Shown here piece by piece: positions 24,291 to 26,212 of a DNA stretch of 26,212 nt. The notes under the pieces were generated by a model. The model was not told the DNA's origin, made no database searches, and saw only the letters and a program-made list of their open reading frames with translations. The position numbers and the translations under genes are program-made. Location of the stretch: contig MGIN01000027.1 of assembly GCA_001793775.1 (NCBI GenBank), positions 9,855 through 36,066 of the forward strand, given 5' to 3'. This stretch comes from Candidatus Wolfebacteria bacterium GWA1_42_9 (GTDB lineage Bacteria; Patescibacteriota; Minisyncoccia; UBA6257; JAGOQP01). Position 1 is the first letter of the stretch. Each line of letters begins with the position of its first letter.

Positions 24291-25574
24291 ATGAAGGCAA
24301 ATTCTTGGGAGAGGGTCAATAAAATTTTAGAAGGATTTAAAAAATTTCCTCTTTTTAGGTTTCTTTACAGGATTTCCTGGGCTCCCCGGGTTTATCATTT
24401 TTTCTTGGCTTTGGCGGGGGCGCTGATTTACTATTTTCCTTCAAGAAAAATAAAAGTTATTGGCGTGACCGGGACCAAAGGCAAGAGCACCACCGTTGAA
24501 TTGATTAGCTTCTTTTTGGAAAAGGCGGGGTACAAAACCGCCTTCTTTTCTTCGGTGCACATAAAAATCGGCGACGAAATCAAAAATAATCGTTTTGGCA
24601 ACAGCTCTCCGGGGAGATTCTTTCTCCAATATTTTTTAAGGCAGGCCGTCAATAACAGCTGTCGTTACGCGATTGTCGAAATAACTTCTCAAGGCGCCTT
24701 TCTTTTCCGCCATCGGTTTATTGCCTGGGACGGAGCTGTTTTTTTAAATATTCATCCCGAACACATTGAAGCCCACGGGTCTTTTGAAAAGTATCTGGAT
24801 GCCAAACTCTCTTTTTTCCGCTATGCGGCTGAATCCCCCTTCGGAAAATCTTGTCGGTTCTTTGTAAATAAAAATGATAAGCATGCAAGAGATTTTATTA
24901 ATGCTGCTGGTGGAAAGGAGCTAGTTCTTTTTTCGGGAAAGGAGATTAGTTTTAAAAACATCAATCTTCCCGATGGCCTTTTGGGAGATTTCAATCGGGA
25001 GAATGTCGCGGCCGCTTGGGCGGTGGCAAAGAGCGAAAATGTTTCCGAAGATATTTTGAAGTTCTTGGAAAAGTTTGAAGGAGTGGAAGGGAGAATGGAT
25101 TTTGTTCAAAAAGAGCCGTTTGGGGTGGTGGTTGACTATGCTCACACTCCCGATTCTTTGGAAGCGGTTTATCAAACCCTTTCTTTTTATAAGAAGAAGC
25201 CTGGCTGGTTGATTTGTGTGCTTGGCTCTTGCGGAGGTGGGAGGGACAGATGGAAAAGGTTGAAAATGGGAGAAATTGCCGCCCGCTACTGCAATTTTGT
25301 TATTTTAACCAACGAAGACCCGTATGACGAACAGCCAGAATCTATAATAGATGAAATTGCATCCGGCTGTTCGCAAATCCGAAGTCCGAGATCTGAAACC
25401 CTAAAAATTATTGATAGAAAAGAGGCGATAAAAAAAGCGATTTCTCTGGCAAAAAGGGGAGATGTGGTGGTTTGCACGGGAAAGGGTTCGGAGCAGTCCA
25501 TTCATATTGCTGGAGGAAAAACTATTTCTTGGTCGGAAAAGGGAATCATTGAGCAAATCCTGAATAAGAATTAA
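24291..25574 (+). CDS. murE: MurE-like Mur ligase lacking most of the N-terminal domain
   Basis: IGVTGTKGKSTT, EITSQG, FLNIHPEHIEAHG, GRMD, VVDYAHTPDSL, GSCGGGRD, LTNEDPY and TGKGSE motifs. Confidence 0.88.
   Translation: MKANSWERVNKILEGFKKFPLFRFLYRISWAPRVYHFFLALAGALIYYFPSRKIKVIGVTGTKGKSTTVELISFFLEKAGYKTAFFSSVHIKIGDEIKNNRFGNSSPGRFFLQYFLRQAVNNSCRYAIVEITSQGAFLFRHRFIAWDGAVFLNIHPEHIEAHGSFEKYLDAKLSFFRYAAESPFGKSCRFFVNKNDKHARDFINAAGGKELVLFSGKEISFKNINLPDGLLGDFNRENVAAAWAVAKSENVSEDILKFLEKFEGVEGRMDFVQKEPFGVVVDYAHTPDSLEAVYQTLSFYKKKPGWLICVLGSCGGGRDRWKRLKMGEIAARYCNFVILTNEDPYDEQPESIIDEIASGCSQIRSPRSETLKIIDRKEAIKKAISLAKRGDVVVCTGKGSEQSIHIAGGKTISWSEKGIIEQILNKN
25375..25402 (+). repeat. Degenerate heptamer array in frame in murE
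   Basis: AAATCCG AAGTCCG AGATCTG AAACCCT; encodes QIRSPRSETL. Confidence 0.6.
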
Positions 25575-25599
25575 CTCGCCGTGTCTACCAATGACTATC

Positions 25600-25621
25600 T
25601 TATTTGACGGTCGTCAAATAA
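25600..25621. promoter_or_regulatory. Operator-like 22-bp palindrome
   Basis: TTATTTGACG-GT-CGTCAAATAA. Confidence 0.5.
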
Positions 25622-25675
25622 AGTATGGGAGAATTGGGCAGTATAAAAAATAGGATAGAAATGTTTATAAAGTGG

Positions 25676-25697
25676 AACCAGCCCCGTGGGGCTGGTT
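25676..25697 (-). terminator. Hairpin downstream of the small minus-strand ORF
   Basis: AACCAGCCCC-GT-GGGGCTGGTT; followed by moderately T-rich sequence on the minus strand. Confidence 0.55.
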
Positions 25698-25722
25698 TCG
25701 AGTACTTGTGAGACTGGAACTG

Positions 25723-25986
25723 CTAACCGGTCTCGGGTATGGGAGCGAGGGGGGAGAGAGGAAGCTTCTCCTGGTGGGCCCTGAAAGGAAGCGTCGCTTC
25801 CCAGCCGGCCCGGTTGACTACTTGGGCGACGGCGTTGACTGCCTTTCTCTGATCATCGGTGAGTCCATTGAGCTCACCATGTTCACCGATAAATATGGGG
25901 GCGCCGTCTTGGGAGGGAAATAGTCCGCAGAACGGAACCTCCTTCCCTTCGACGACGATCTTGAAGTCGCCAAGCCTGATTCTCAT
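25723..25986 (-). CDS. Small hypothetical protein (87 aa), GC-rich
   Basis: Strong Shine-Dalgarno AAGGAGG 5 nt before the ATG and a downstream hairpin; no family recognised. Confidence 0.65.
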   Translation of the reverse strand: MRIRLGDFKIVVEGKEVPFCGLFPSQDGAPIFIGEHGELNGLTDDQRKAVNAVAQVVNRAGWEATLPFRAHQEKLPLSPLAPIPETG

Positions 25987-26063
25987 CGGAACCTCCTTTC
26001 CTATCTAAAGAAGCATATTGGTTTTTATTTGTCAAAATTCAATTCGGTGAATTTTTGGGTTTA

Positions 26064-26072
26064 TGTTAAAAT
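26064..26072 (+). promoter_or_regulatory. Candidate extended -10 promoter
   Basis: TGTTAAAAT, 30 nt before the ATG at 26103. Confidence 0.45.
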
Positions 26073-26102
26073 AGCTGGTATAGAATTTGTTTTGAAATTG
26101 TT

Positions 26103-26212
26103 ATGAAACTTACATTTGTCGGCGGAGGAGGTGAAGTCACAGGGGCCTGCTATCTTCTGGAAGATGGCGGTTTGAAAATTTTGGTTGACTGCGGACTTCA
26201 TCAGGGCTCGCG
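26103..26212 (+). CDS. MBL-fold beta-CASP ribonuclease-type hydrolase, N-terminus only (3' truncated; absent from the ORF track)
   Basis: Translates as [36 protein letters not shown], matching the GG..EVTGS/A...DCG..QG start of this family. Confidence 0.85.
   Translation, partial: MKLTFVGGGGEVTGACYLLEDGGLKILVDCGLHQGS

Noticed and set aside
34-25501. The many 60-200 aa antisense or alternate-frame ORFs overlapping long genes (e.g. 34-459, 10010-10417, 20682-21083, 21324-21923, 22500-23066)
   Set aside because: They lie fully within or opposite well-supported genes and show no recognisable motifs; treated as shadow ORFs.
25672-25923. Plus-strand 83-aa ORF opposite the small orphan gene
   Set aside because: GTG start inside a hairpin and no RBS; the minus-strand ORF has a strong SD and a downstream hairpin.

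Overview
Chromosomal window that looks like a Patescibacteria (CPR, probably Parcubacteria) genome. This is inferred from gene content and style; standard genetic code (TGA is used as stop). Nearly all genes are on the + strand. Left flank: comM/yifB (partial), a UbiA prenyltransferase with an extra N-terminal membrane domain, a compact UvrD/PcrA helicase and rsmA. Centre (5.5-19.4 kb): a type IV secretion-like locus (secreted and membrane proteins, VirB6/TrbL-like, PrgI, a split VirB4-like pair). It ends in a VirB2-like pilin fused to an M15-type Zn peptidase, a membrane-anchored beta-propeller and an orphan PAS histidine kinase. No relaxase, coupling protein or integrase is visible. Right flank: mutM, pyrG, holA-like, rpsT, ruvA, a murE-like ligase, a small GC-rich orphan and the start of a beta-CASP metallo-hydrolase. 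A second layer is a set of small palindromic and 7-nt-periodic DNA elements. They occur between genes, as 5' leaders and in frame inside rsmA, mutM and murE; one ~45-bp element is present both intergenically and inside mutM. No tRNA, rRNA, CRISPR array or transposase was recognised. All family assignments come from motif recognition by eye, not from database searches.
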